64,000 nucleotides of DNA from Mobula hypostoma (lineage: Eukaryota), in the NCBI RefSeq assembly GCF_963921235.1, contig NC_086097.1:1178001-1242000 (forward strand), in the 5' to 3' direction. Of this stretch, positions 12,858 through 24,955 are shown one piece after another. Position 1 is the first letter of the stretch. Each line of letters starts with the position of its first letter. Position numbers and translations under genes: made by a program. A model generated the notes under the pieces. The model saw nothing but the letters and a program-made list of their open reading frames with translations, was not told where the DNA came from and did no database searches.

Positions 12858-14932
12858 CTGTCCAGTCCTTAAATCTAGCATCCAGCTTATTCGGCGTAAA
12901 ATCCGAGTCATATGCACACCATTTAAGAATTGCAATGTCTCTCTCTAGTTTATATTCTTTTATAATAGTTTCCCATATTTTAAAAGTCCATTGCACCCAT
13001 GGGTTGTCAATATTATTTATGTAATTTTGTAGGTTGTTATCAGCCAAAATTGCCTGTATGGGGATGGAAAGTATCCTCTCCTCAATGTTTTTCCATTGAG
13101 CGTCATATGATGGGTTGCACCAGCATATCATGGCTCTCAACTGTGCTGCAAAATAATAATCTCTAAGAGAAGGTAGACCCCATCCCCCCTTTCCTTTGCT
13201 AATTGCAAAGTTTTGAGACAAATTCTAGGTCTTTTACCTTGCCATATATATCTTGATAGCATCTTGTTCCATTCATTGAATTGATTTTGGTTAATCTCTA
13301 TTGGTAGGGTCTGAAAGAGATATAGTAGTCTGGGCAATATATTCATTTTTATAGATTCAATCCTTGAACTGAGACCAAGAAAAGGAATTAGGTTCCATCT
13401 TGTTATATCTTCCTTAATTTTTTTATATATAGGCTGATAATTGCATTCTGGTTATTTTGCCAAATCTTTTGGCATAGTGATGCCCAAATATTTGACGGAC
13501 TCTGTTTGCCATGCCCAAGGATATCTACTTTCCATTTCTCTTGGTGGGCTATAGTTATATGAAAGTAGTTGGGTTTGATCTAAGTTGATCTTGTATTCTG
13601 ATAATTGGCCATATTGTTCAATGGATTGCATCAATTTAGGTAAGGAGTATGTTGGTTACCCTAGATAGATCAAAATGTCATCCGCATAACAGGCCAATTT
13701 ATGCTCTGTCCCTTTAATAGTAATTCCCCTGATATCATCATTTTGTCTGACGTGTTGAACTAATAGTTCCAGATATAATGCGAAGAGTAGCGGTGACCAT
13801 GCACAACCCTGTCTCATGCCCATTTCTAGGGTAAAACTATTAGATAAATATCCATTGATTTTAATCCTGGCAGTAGGATTGTCGTATAGTGCCTGTATAG
13901 TTTTAATAATTGTGTGATGTAGACCAAATCTATGTAAAACTCTGTAAAGAAAATTCCAATTAACCAAATCAGATGTCTTTTCAGCATCCACGCTTATCAC
14001 TATTGCTTCAATTTCATTTTTTTGTGTATGATCCATAATGTGAAGTGTCCTTCGTATATTGTCTTGTGTTTGGCGTTGTTGTATAAAACCCGTCTGATCA
14101 TTATGTATCAGTGTGGGTAGAAACTCTTCTAATTGTTTGGCCATAATGGAAGTAAATATTCTATAATCCACATTAAGAACAGATATTGGTCGAAATGACC
14201 CACATTCCATTTATCCTTGCCTTCGCTCGGTGTAGCTGAGATTATCGCCTCCTTCCAGCTGGGTGGCATTTGAGCCTTTCTTAGGACCCAGTTCAGTGTG
14301 GGGAGTAAAACAGGAATTAACTCACTTCTAAACTCTTCATACCACTCTGCCGTATATCCATCTGATCCTGGTGACTTGCTTAACTTAAGCCCACTAATTG
14401 CAGTTTTTAGTTCAGCTTCAGTTATGTCAGCAGTCATCGTTCTATTTTGTTCTTTGCTTAAAGTGGGTAACTCTAAAGAATTCAGGAAGGTGTCAATTTG
14501 GGTTATACTTCCCCCTGGAACTTTGGAATATAGAGTTTTGTAAAACATTTCAAAAGCTTCTTGAATTTCACTTAGCTTATTTTTTTAATCACTTTTGTTC
14601 TTGGATCCCAAATGCTATGAATTGTATTTTCTGCTATTTTTTTTCAGTTTCCAAGCCAGTATTTTCATAGATTTAGATCTACTTTCATAGTGTCTCTGTT
14701 TCAGAAGCATTAAATTTTCTGATTTCTTGTGTATCCAAACTATTAATTTCATACCTAATTTTTTAAAATTTCCTCTAGTGTATCCTGTGCCAAACTCAAT
14801 TCTTTTTCTGGTTCCTTCAGCTTATTTTGTAATTCCTCTAATGTTTTATTCCTTATTTTTTTCTTATATGAAGGTATCGCTATAATTTTCCCTCTTAAGA
14901 CAGCCTTCAGAGTGTCCCATAGAATGGGAGGG

Positions 14933-15177
14933 TTTTTTTTAAGCGTGTTGTACCGGACATTCAGCCATTCTTGTCTGGCACGTGGTGTCAGGATTAACCG
15001 GGTCACGTTATGAACGTTCCTGACTCGATCCTTGTCTCTTTTACGAGGCTGAGTGGCTAGCTCGACACTCAACCCGACACGGATGGAAAGGGTGCTCGGG
15101 GGTGGCCCGACCTGGATTCGAACTCGGGAACCTTCGCTCCGGAGTTTGGCGCTGATCTCGCTGCACCACCAGCCGGC
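14933..15177 (-). mobile_element. tRNA-derived SINE inserted in L1
   Basis: Minus-strand head gccggctggtggtgcagcg... with B box gagttcgaatcc (15114-15125) and an A8 tail at 14933-14940. It interrupts L1 between YLEFND and PPILWD. Confidence 0.85.
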
Positions 15178-15514
15178 TACTATCATTGAATTCTAAGTAA
15201 AGACCAATTTCTTTTTTAATTTGTTCCTTAAAATAGGGATCATTGAGTAGACTTGAATTTAGTTTCCAAATAGTATTCTTTAGTTATAGGTCAAAATCAA
15301 CAGATAAATATATGGGCGCATGGTCACTTATATCTATTGTCCCAATTCCACAGGTGATTATTTTGTCTCTTATCTTTTCCAAATGTTATGAAATAGTCTG
15401 TTCTTGTATATACGGAATGGGGTCAGAATAATGAGTGTAATCCCTTCTGTCGGGGAAAAGGTCCCTCCATATATCAATTAGACCAACATCCTCAAAAAGA
15501 GCGTTAACTTTCTT

Positions 15515-17590
15515 ACGCAGACACGAGGAAATCTGCAGATGCTGGAAATTCAAGCAACACTCACAAAAAATGCTGGTGAACGCAGCAGGCCAGGCAGCAT
15601 CTATAGGAAGAGGTACAGTCGACGTTTCAGGCTGAGACCCTTTGTCAGGACTAACTGAAAGAGAAGATAGTAAGAGATTTGAAAGGGGGAGGGCGAGTTC
15701 CGAAATGATGGGAGAAGATAGGAGGAGAGGTATGGATCTAAGAGCTGGAGAAGGGAGAGGATCATAGGATGGGAAGCCTGGGGAGATAGAAGGGGGGAGG
15801 GGAGCCCAGAGGGTGAAGAGCAGGCAAGGAGTTATAGTGAGAGGGACAGAGGGAGAAAAAAGGGGAAAAAATATATATAAAATAAATAAATAAGGGATGG
15901 AGATCGGTGGGGAAGGAATTGGGGGGGACGAATGGACAAGGGAGTCGTGTAGGGAGCTATCCCTGCGGAAAGCGGGGACGGGGGTGAAAGATATGCTTAG
16001 TGGTGGGATCCCGTTGGAGGTGGCGGAAGTTACGGAGAATAATATGTTGGACCCAGAGGCTGGTGGGGTGGTAGGTGAGGATAAGGGGAACCCTATTCCT
16101 AATGGGGTGGTGGGAAGATGGGGTGAGAGCAGATGTACGTGAAATAGGAGAGATGCGTTTGAGGGCAGAGTTGATGGTGGAGGAAGGGAAGCCCCTTTCT
16201 CTAAAAAAGGAAGACCTCTCCATCCTGGAATGAAAAGCCTCATCCTGAGAGCAGATGCGGTGGAGACGAAGGAATTGCGAGAAGGGGATAGCATTTTTGC
16301 AAGAGACAGGATGGGAAGAGGAATAGTCCAGGTAGCTGTGAGAGTCCGTAGGCTTATAGTAGACATCAGTACATAAGCTGTCTCCAGAGATAGAGACAGA
16401 AAGATCAAGAAAGGGGAGGGAGGTGTTGGAAATGGACCAGGTAAACTCGAGGGCAGGGTGAAAGTTGGAGGCAAATTTAATGAAGTCAACGAGCTCAGCA
16501 TGCGTGCAGGAAGCAGCGCCAATGCAGTCGTCGATGTAGCGAAGGAAAAGAGGGGGACAGATACCAGTATAGGTTTGGAACATGGATTGTTCCACAAAGC
16601 CAACAAAAAGGCAGGCATAGCTGGGACCTATACAGGTGCCCATTGCTACACCTTTAGTTTGGAGGAAGTGGGAGGAGCCAAAGGAGAAATTGTTAAGAGT
16701 AAGGACTAATTCCCCTAGACGAAGGAGAGTGGTGGTAGAGGGGAACTAGTTAGGTCTGGAATCCAAAAAGAAGTGGAGAGCTTTGAGATCTTCCTGGTGG
16801 GGGATGGAGGTATATAGGGACTGGACATCCATGGTGAAAATAAAGCAGTGGGGGCCAGGGAACTTAAAATCATTGAAAAGATTCAGAACGTGAGAAGTGT
16901 CACGAACATAGGTGGGAAGGGATTGAACAAGGGGGGATAAAACAGTGTCGAGGTATGCAGAAGTAAGTACAGTGGGGCAGGAGCAAGCTGAGACAATGGG
17001 TCTACCTGGGCAGGCAGGTTTGTGGATCTTGGGTAGGAGGTAGAAACGGGACGTGCGGGGTGTGGGAACTATAAGGTTGGTAGCAGTGGATGGGAGATCC
17101 CCTGTGTGGATAAAGTTGGTGATGGTGTGGGAGACAATGGCCTGGTGCTCCTTAGTGGGGTCATGATCGAGGGGTAAATAAGAGGAGGTATCCGCGAGTT
17201 GATGCTGTGCCTCGGCAAGGTAGAGGTCAGTACGCCAGACTACAACAGCAACCCCCCTTATCGGCTGGTTTTATAGTAAGGTTAGGATTAGTGCAGAGGG
17301 TTCAGAAGGAGTGAGGTTGGAGTGGGAACAAGGTGTGGTGAAGTCGAAACGGTTGATGTCCCATCGGCAGTTAGCAATAAAGAGATCCAGAGCAGGCAGA
17401 AGACCAGAGCGGGGTGTCCATGAAGAGGAGGAGGGTTGAAGACGGGAGAAGGGGTCATCGGTGGGGGTGGGAGAGTCCTTGCCGAAGAAGTGGGCTCGAA
17501 GACGGAGCTGGCGAAAGAAGAGTTCAGCATCATGGCATATGAGGTAGGGTTCCCCTTGTCCTAAACTACCAACCTCTGGGTCCAACATAT
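15515..17590 (-). mobile_element. Penelope-like element (RT retained, GIY-YIG region deleted)
   Basis: MGTCIGPSYACLF..FLRYIDD..LPFLDL..TDVYYKPTDSHSYL..SQFLRL Penelope RT motifs. Terminal region has a hammerhead motif. An inverted fragment lies at 17541-17590. Confidence 0.93.
15617..15652 (-). ncRNA. Minimal type I hammerhead ribozyme motif (G8 mutated)
   Basis: Minus strand reads agtc CTGACAA agg-gtctcag-cct GAAACGTC gact: stem I agtc/gact, stem II agg/cct, palindromic ACGT at stem III. Confidence 0.75.
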
Positions 17591-18140
17591 AAACTTTAGG
17601 GTGTTCTGCACAAGGAATCCCAAGTCCTTTTGCCTCTCAGATTTTTGGATTTTCTCCTCATTTAGAAAATGATCAGCAGGTTTATTTCTACTACCGAAGT
17701 GCATGACCATGCATTTTCCAACATTGTATTTTATTTGTCACTTCTTACCTATTCTCCTGATCTGTCTAAGTCCTTCTGCAGCCTGCCTATTTCTTCAACA
17801 CTACCTGTGCCTCATCTGAGTCAATGATGAACAGCATAAAAGAAATAGTCCCAACACTAGCCCCTGTGGAACACCCCTAGCCACTGGCAGCCAACCTTAA
17901 AAGGATCCTTTTATTCCCAGTCACTGTTTCCTACCAATCAGCCAATACTCTAACTGTACCAATGACTTTCCTGTAATACCATGGGCTCTTAACTTGGTAA
18001 GCAGTCTCATGTATGGCAGCTTGTCAAAGGCTTTCTGACAGTCCAAATATTCAACATCCACAACATTCCCTTTATCTATCCTACTTGTAATCTGCTTAAA
18101 GAATTCCAACAGGTTTGTCAGGCAAGGTTTTACCTGAAGG
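17591..18140 (-). mobile_element. CR1 RT fragment
   Basis: EFFKQITSRIDKGNVVDVEYLDCQKAFDKLP. Confidence 0.85.
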
Positions 18141-20000
18141 ACAGGGCAGTTGTCAGAAGTTTATGTAGGGGAACTTTGAAACTAATTGCTTTGTGATCAC
18201 TAGATGCAAAGTAAAAATGTGAAATGATGGGTCTGGTCCATGGGTTGAGATTCTAAATTGGAGAAAGGCCAATTTTGATGGTATCTGAAATGATCTGGCA
18301 AGTCTGGGTTGGGACAGAGTGTTTTCTGGCAAGGGTGTACTTGGTAAGTGGGACACCCTCAAAAGTGGAGGATCAGAATGCATGACTCCAGAAGAAATGG
18401 GGGAAAACATTAAATGCATTTGTTTTTGTATCTGTATTTACTCAGGATATGGACACTGAGTTTATAGAAGTGAGGCAAAGTGGCATCAACTTCATGGACT
18501 CTGTACAGATTACAGAAGAGGAGGTGCTTGAAGTCTTGAAGCAAATTAGTGTGGATAAATCTCTAGGCCCTGACAAGGTGTTCCCTCAGCAAGTGCAGAA
18601 ATTGCTGGTGCCTTAGTAGAGATATTTAAACAATCATTAGTGACAGGTGACCAACCTCTCATGAGGGACCTTGTCAAAGGCCTTGCTAAAGTCCATGTAG
18701 ACAGCATCCACTGCCTTGCTTTCATCAACTTCCATGGTAATTTCTTTGAAAAACTCTGTTAGATTGGTTAGACGTGACCTACCATACATGAAGCCATGCT
18801 GACTATCCTTAATCAGTCCAAGTTTATTCAAATAAATATTTGGTCCCTTACAATACCTGCCAATAACTTACCCACAACTGATGTCAGGCTTACCACCTAT
18901 AAATTCCTGGTTTATTTTCCAAGCCTTTCTTAAACAGCAGAACAAATTGGCTGTCCTAGATAGCATGGCTTTATGTATGGTAGGTCATGTCTAATCAATC
19001 TTAGAGTTTTTTGAAGAAATTACCAGGAAAGTTGATGAAGGCGAGACAATGGATATTGTCTACATGGACTTTAATAAGGCCTTTGACGAGGTCTCGCATG
19101 GGAGGTTGGTCACGAAGGTTCAGTTGCTCGGCATTTAAGATGAAGCAATTAATTAGATTAGACTTTGCTTTCTGCAAGAAACTAGAGAGTGATAGTAGAT
19201 GGTTGCCTTTCTGTTTGGAGGCCTGTGACATGTGGATTGTGGCAGGGATTGGTGCTGGATCCATTGTTGTTGGTCATCTATAACAACGATCTGGATGATA
19301 ATGTGGTTAACAGGATCAGCAAGTTTTCAGATGACACCAAGACTGGGAGTGTAGTGGACAACAAGGAAGACTACCAAGCATCGGGTTCTGGACCAGCTGG
19401 AAAAATGAGATGAAAAATAGCAGATGGAATTTAATGAAACAAGTGTGAGGTGTTGCACTTTGGTAAGACCAACCAGGACAGGTCTTACACAGTTATCAGT
19501 AGGATACTGAGGAGTGTGGTTGAACAAAGGGATCTGGAATACAGGGCCATACTTAATTGAAAGTGGTATCACAGGTTGATAGGGTAGTAAAGAAAGCTTT
19601 TAGCAAAATTGACCTTCATAAATCAAAGTATTGAATACAGGAGAAGGGATATTTAAGTTGTGTAAAACATTTGTCAGGCCTAATTTGGAGTATTGTGTGC
19701 AATTTTGGTCACCTACCTACAGGAAAGATATAAATAACGTTGAAACGGTACACAGAATTTACAAGTACATTGCCAGGTTTGGAGGACCTGAGTTATAACA
19801 AAAGATGGAATAGGTTAGGGTTTGATTCCTTGGAACAGTGAAGATTGAGAGGACATTTGATAAGAGGATACAAAATTATGAAGGGTATAGATGGGGTAAA
19901 TACATACAGGCTTTTTCCACTGAGGTTGGGTGGGGCTACAACTAGAGGTCATGGCTTAAGGGTGAAAGGTGAAAAGTTTAAGGAGAACATGAGGGGAAAC
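18141..20000 (+). mobile_element. Decayed CR1 ORF2 with an oppositely oriented CR1 segment at ~18651-18958
   Basis: Plus-strand DKSLGPD, QHGF, FSDD and 3' motifs. Minus-strand [25 protein letters not shown] in the internal segment. Confidence 0.8.
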
Positions 20001-20135
20001 TGTACTTTTCTATGATATGAGATGGTAAGTCCATAGGTTGTCATAACAGTCCAGTGATGGGGTAGGTGATGTTGAATTAAGTTATCCCTTTTGGTTCAAA
20101 GTCTAATATTTGAAGGGTAATAACTGTTTCCGAAC

Positions 20136-20878
20136 TGTCACTTGACCGGCAACAATGAATATAGAATTGAGTCAGGTTTTATAAAAACAAACAAACATTT
20201 ATTAAACTTTGCTCAAAATTAGCGAAATGTATTTAAACGACTAACTTAACCGGAAGTTAACTGCTATACCTCAACTCTGGAACAGTTCTTAAAAGGGTAA
20301 ATGCGACCACAGTTCTTAGAATGGTAAATTCGAAAGTCCAAGAGACTTATGGAGTCAATTAGGAGAAACTTTCCTGAAGTAAAGAATTCCTCGAAGATGC
20401 GTCGTTACTGCTGATCCCAGCCGGAACCTGCCTTGTCCGCAGGATTCACAATGACGGAAATAAATGGCTTAAAAGGAACTGACCCTTTTCCTGGCGAGCG
20501 AACCTTGCACGAACTTCTTTGCTCTTTTGGCAGGAGTTATCTCAGGCACTGGTCACTATCTCTTGACCGAAGAAGCAATAAGGTCGATCCTCTACAAAAC
20601 TGCCGAATGACACCAACTTTACTCGACTCGGCAAATTCCTGAATTTTGGTAAGGTCTTCACTCTCCAATACTACTTATAATAGAAAGTAGAACTCCACTT
20701 TAAAACGAAATTGCGTCATCAGCCGAATACGCAGCAAAGACAGAGCATCTAACACAAAACTAAACTGAAAATCCCAACGACGTCACATCAGGAGTCTCTT
20801 TTATATACCTGTTGAAAACAGGTCATCATGTGACCTCACCGGCAGGAAAATTACGTCATGTGACCTCCGCAAGACCAC
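20136..20878 (-). mobile_element. Probable truncated LTR
   Basis: Begins tgtcac at an abrupt junction. Minus-strand AATAAA near 20198 and TATA-like box near 20800, with repeated catgtgacc motifs. No second terminus or TSD was seen. Confidence 0.55.
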
Positions 20879-21680
20879 TTGTACAGGTCACACCTTCCCC
20901 ATAAGAGATCCCAATGATCCAGAAATCTGAAATTCTGCCCCCTGCACCAGTGCTTAGCCAAGCAATTCATCTGCCAAGTCATCCTATTCTTAACTACACC
21001 GGTGTGTGGCACAGGCAGCAATCCAGAGATTACATCTCTGGAGGTTCAGCTTTCTACCTAGCTTCTTAAACTCTCTTCAGCACCTCCTGCTTTTTTCCTA
21101 CCTATGCCATTGGTGCCAATATGTACCATGACTTCTGGTTGCTGATCTTCCCCTTTAGAATGCGGTGAACCCAATCCCTGGCATCCTTGATCCTGATACC
21201 TGAGAGGCAACATACTATTCGGGCATCTGTATTGCGCCCACAGAATCTCGTGTTTGCTTCTCCAACGATGGAATCCCACATCACTATTGCAGTCCTCTTC
21301 TCTCCCCTTCCTTTCTGAGCTTTCGTGCCAGATTCAGTGCTCGTGCCCTGTTTTCTACCACTCCACCCACCCCCCACAACAGTATCCAAATTGGTATATG
21401 TTATTGAGGGAAATGGCCACAAAGCTCTTCCACACGGGCCGCCCATTTCCTCTCTCTCTCCAGACAGTCACCCAGGTAGCTGCCTCCTGCAACCTAGGAG
21501 TGGCTATCTTTTTGTAGCTCCTATCTATCAGCTCCTCATTTTCCTGTATGAGCTGAAGGGCATCGAGTTGCAACTCCAGTTCCTTAATACATTCTCAAAG
21601 GAGCTGCAGCTCTGTGCACATAGTGCCAATGTGGTTATCTGGGAGTCTGGAGAATCCCCACATCCCACACAAAGAGCACA
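20879..21680 (-). mobile_element. Decayed CR1 ORF1
   Basis: QLDALQLIQENEELIDRSY..WVTV, WDSIVG, VCCLSG, VHIGTNG. Confidence 0.88.
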
Positions 21681-21721
21681 ACACTGCCCAACTATGCCCT
21701 AACAGATGAAGAAACTTATCA

Positions 21722-21932
21722 AGCAACATACATCAAAGTTGCTGGTGAACGCAGCAGGCCAAGCAGCATCTATAGGAAGAGGCGCAGACGAAGTCCTGAC
21801 GAAGGGTCTCGGCCTGAAACATCGACTGCGCCTCTTCCTATAGATGCTGCTTGGCCTGCTGCGTTCACCAGCAACTTTGATGTATGTTGCTTGAATTTCC
21901 AGCATCTGCAGAATTCCTGTTGTTTACGTTTA
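21722..21932 (+). mobile_element. Penelope-derived palindromic mini-element
   Basis: 13-bp TSD aagaaacttatca (21709-21721, 21933-21945). Perfect 69-bp inverted repeat 21719-21787/21826-21894. The right part matches the Penelope 3' terminus. Confidence 0.92.
21792..21827 (+). ncRNA. Minimal type I hammerhead ribozyme motif
   Basis: agtc CTGACGA agg-gtctcgg-cct GAAAC ATC gact. The CUGANGA and GAAA cores are intact, and the predicted cleavage is after 21823. Confidence 0.8.
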
Positions 21933-22214
21933 AAGAAACTTATCAGATATTTTAGAGAGATACCTTTCAGGACTTAGTCTCTCTCTTTTACTGTTCATAC
22001 AGTGGAAGTACCTTCTAGCATTATTTATTAACACTGCCTACCAAATCCATCTCCTACCCTCATTTTGCCATCCTGACTGCCCTCTTAAGCCTGCTTTTGA
22101 ACTTTATATTTGTTAGGGGTTCATTTGTACCTAGCTGTCGAAAGGCGATATATGCTTCCTTTTTCCTGACTAGAGACGGAAAATCTCTCGTCATTGAGAG
22201 TTCCCTTAATTTTG

Positions 22215-22610
22215 TATCTCAACATACAGCATAACAAGAACAGGCTGCCAAATACTCCTCTGCTTTTAAAAAATCAGCCCCTGATAGATCCTGCGTAATG
22301 CACTCAAGTAATGCCTTAAAAAAAGCAGCATCCGTCTTTAAGGGCCCCCACCACCCAGGACATGCCCTCTTCTCATTGCAACCATCACGGAGGTGGTACA
22401 GGAGCACAAAGCCATACAGTCAATGTTTCAGGAGTAGTTTGTTCTCCTCTGCCATCAGATTTCTGAATGGACAATGAACCCATGCACACTATCTCACTTT
22501 ATTTTTCTCTTGCACTAATTTGATTTTAAATTTTTAAATATTTTATAATTTATAGTATATTTATGTATTGCACTGTACTGCTGCTGGGAAACAACACATT
22601 TCAAAGCATA
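22215..22610 (+). mobile_element. Rex1/Babar 3' fragment
   Basis: KAASVFKGPHHPGHALFSLQPSRRWYRS C-terminal motif followed by an AT-rich 3' UTR. Confidence 0.75.
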
Positions 22611-22870
22611 GTTTGGCAAGGGGATGTGAACCAGAGCTCCATGTCAGAAAGGGATGGAAAAGAAGGTAGATGTCAGGGTCAGTAAACAGGCGGGAGCAAA
22701 GTAATAAACAGAATAGAATGGATAGTTTGAAGTGTGTGTATTTTAATGCTTGGGGTATTATGGGTAAAGATGATGAACTTAGAGCTTGGATCAGTACATG
22801 GATGTTGTGGCCTTTACAGAGACTTGGTTGAGAGAGTCAGGGGTGGGTGCTTAATGTCCAAGGAATTTAA
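22611..22870 (+). mobile_element. Old CR1 ORF2 start (host; continues at 27175-28141 and 31031-33210)
   Basis: LKCVYFNA..DELRAWIST..ETWL. The collinear continuation resumes after each of two younger CR1 inserts. Confidence 0.75.
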
Positions 22871-24773
22871 CCATATAACCATATAACAATTACAGCACAG
22901 AAACAAGCCCTCTCGGCCCTTCTAATCCATGCTGAACTCTTACTCTCACCTAGTCCCACCAACCTGCACTCAGCACATAACCCTCCATTCCTTTCCTGTC
23001 CATATAGCTGTCCAATTTAACTTTAAACAACAACATAAAACCTGCCTCAACCACTTCTGCTGGAAGCTCGTTCCACACAGCTACCACTCTCTGAGTAAAG
23101 AAGTTCTCCCTCATGTTACCCCTAAACTTTTGCCCTTTAACTCTCAACTCATGTCCTCTTGTTTGAATCTCCCCCACTCTCAATGGAAAAAGCATATCCA
23201 TGTCAACTTTATCTATCCCCCTCATAATTTTAAATACCTCTATCAAGCCCCCCCTCAACCTTCTACGTTCCAAACTATAAAGACCCAACTTGTTCAACCT
23301 TTCTCTGTAACTTAGGTGATGAAACCCAGATAACATTTTAGTAAATCTTCTCTATACTCTCTCTATTTTGTTGACACCTTTCCTATAATTCAGTGACCAA
23401 AACTGTACACAATACTCCAAATTTGGCTTCACCAATGCCTTATACAATTTCAACATTACATCCCAACTCCTATACTCAATGCTCTGATTTATAAAGGCCA
23501 GCATACTAAAAGCTTTCTTCACCACCCTATCCACATGAGATTCCACCTTCAGGGAACTATGCACCATTATTCCTAGATCCCTCTGTTCTACTGGATTCTT
23601 CAATGCCCTACCATTTACCATGTATGTCCTATTTTGATTAGTCCTACCAAAATGTAGCACCTCTCATTTATCAGCATTAAACTCCATCTGGCATCTTTCA
23701 GCCCGCTCTTCAAACTGGCCTAAATCTCTCTGCAAGCTTTGAAAACCTACTTCATTATCCACAACTCCACCTATCTTAGTATCACCTGCATACTTACTCA
23801 TCCAATTTACTACCCCATCATCCAGATCATTAATGTATATGACAAGCAACATCGGACCTAGTACAGATCCCTGAGGCACACCACTAGACACCATCCTCCA
23901 ATCTGACACACAGTTATCCACCACTACTCTCTGGCATCTCCCATCCAGCCACTGCTGAATCCATTTTACTACTTCAATATTAATACCTAATGATTGAACC
24001 TTCCTAACTAACCTTCCATGTGGAAACCTGTCAAAGGCCTTACTGAAGTCCATATAGACAACATCCACTACTTTACCCTCGTCAACTTTCCTAGTAACCT
24101 CTTCAAAAAATTCAATAAGATTTGTCAAACATGACTTTCCACGCACAAATCCATGTTGACTTTTCCTAATCAGACCATGTCTATCCAGATAATTAGATAT
24201 ATCATCTCTAAGAATACTTTCCATCAATTTACCCACCACTGACGTCAAACTCACAGGCTAATAATTGCTAGGTTTACTCTTAGAACCCTTTTCAAACAAT
24301 GGAACAACATGAGCAATACGCCAATCCTCTGGCACCATCCCTGTTTCTAATGACATTTGAAATATTTCTGTCAGAGCCCCTGCTATTTCCACATTAACTT
24401 CCCTCAAGGTCCCAGGGAATATCCTGTCAGGACCCGGAGACTTATCCACTTTTATATTCCTTAAAAGCTCCAGTACTTTCTCTTCTTTAATCATCATAGT
24501 TTCCATAACTTCCCTACCTGTTTCCCGTATCTTACACAATTCAATATCCTTCTCCTTAGTGAATACCAAAGAAAAGAAATTGTTCAGAATCTCCCCCAAC
24601 TCTTTTGGCTCCACACATAGCTATCCACTCTGATTCTCTAAGGGACCAATTTTATCCCTCACTTTCCTTTTGCTATTAATATAACTGTAGAAACCCTTGG
24701 GATTTATTTTCACCTCACTTGCCAAAGCGACCTCATATTTTCTTTTAGCTTTTCTCATTGCTTTCTGAAGATT

Positions 24774-24955
24774 TTTCTTTTCTTTATGATTTATAATTTA
24801 ATTTTTAATATTTACTAATCTTAACTATTTTTAAATATTTATAATATTTAATATTTGTAATCCAGGGAGTGTGAAGCACTGAATCAGATATCGCTGTGAT
24901 GATTGTACGTTCTAGTACCAATTGTGTGGCGACAATGAAGTATAAAGTAAGTATA
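24774..24955 (+). mobile_element. AT-rich retroelement 3' tip inserted in CR1 ORF2
   Basis: Flanked by aagatt (24768-24773, 24956-24961) and ends in aagtata-type short repeats. Family uncertain, possibly a Rex-like tail. Confidence 0.65.

Larger units (their letters stand above)
10751..15514 (-). mobile_element. L1/Tx1-type LINE ORF2 (5'-truncated, carrying nested inserts)
   Basis: A-rich tail at 10751-10775. CWRNC..ANH..IFWDC Zn knuckle, RT motifs GMRQGCAWSPLLF and YADD, KSPGSDG linker, and endonuclease C-terminal DIWR..YTHYS and SDHAP. Confidence 0.93.

Noticed and set aside
15100..15177. tRNA gene
   Set aside because: A/B boxes are followed by a SINE body and A tail inside an L1, so it is a SINE head.
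15386..16618. 410-aa minus-strand ORF
   Set aside because: Mostly an alternative frame of the Penelope RT running through its pyrimidine-rich UTR into L1 sequence, so a chance chimera.
21719..21894. MITE (DNA transposon) or miRNA gene interpretation of the hairpin
   Set aside because: The arms are not terminal on the right side, the TSD is long, and the sequence matches the Penelope terminus. There is no expression evidence for a miRNA.
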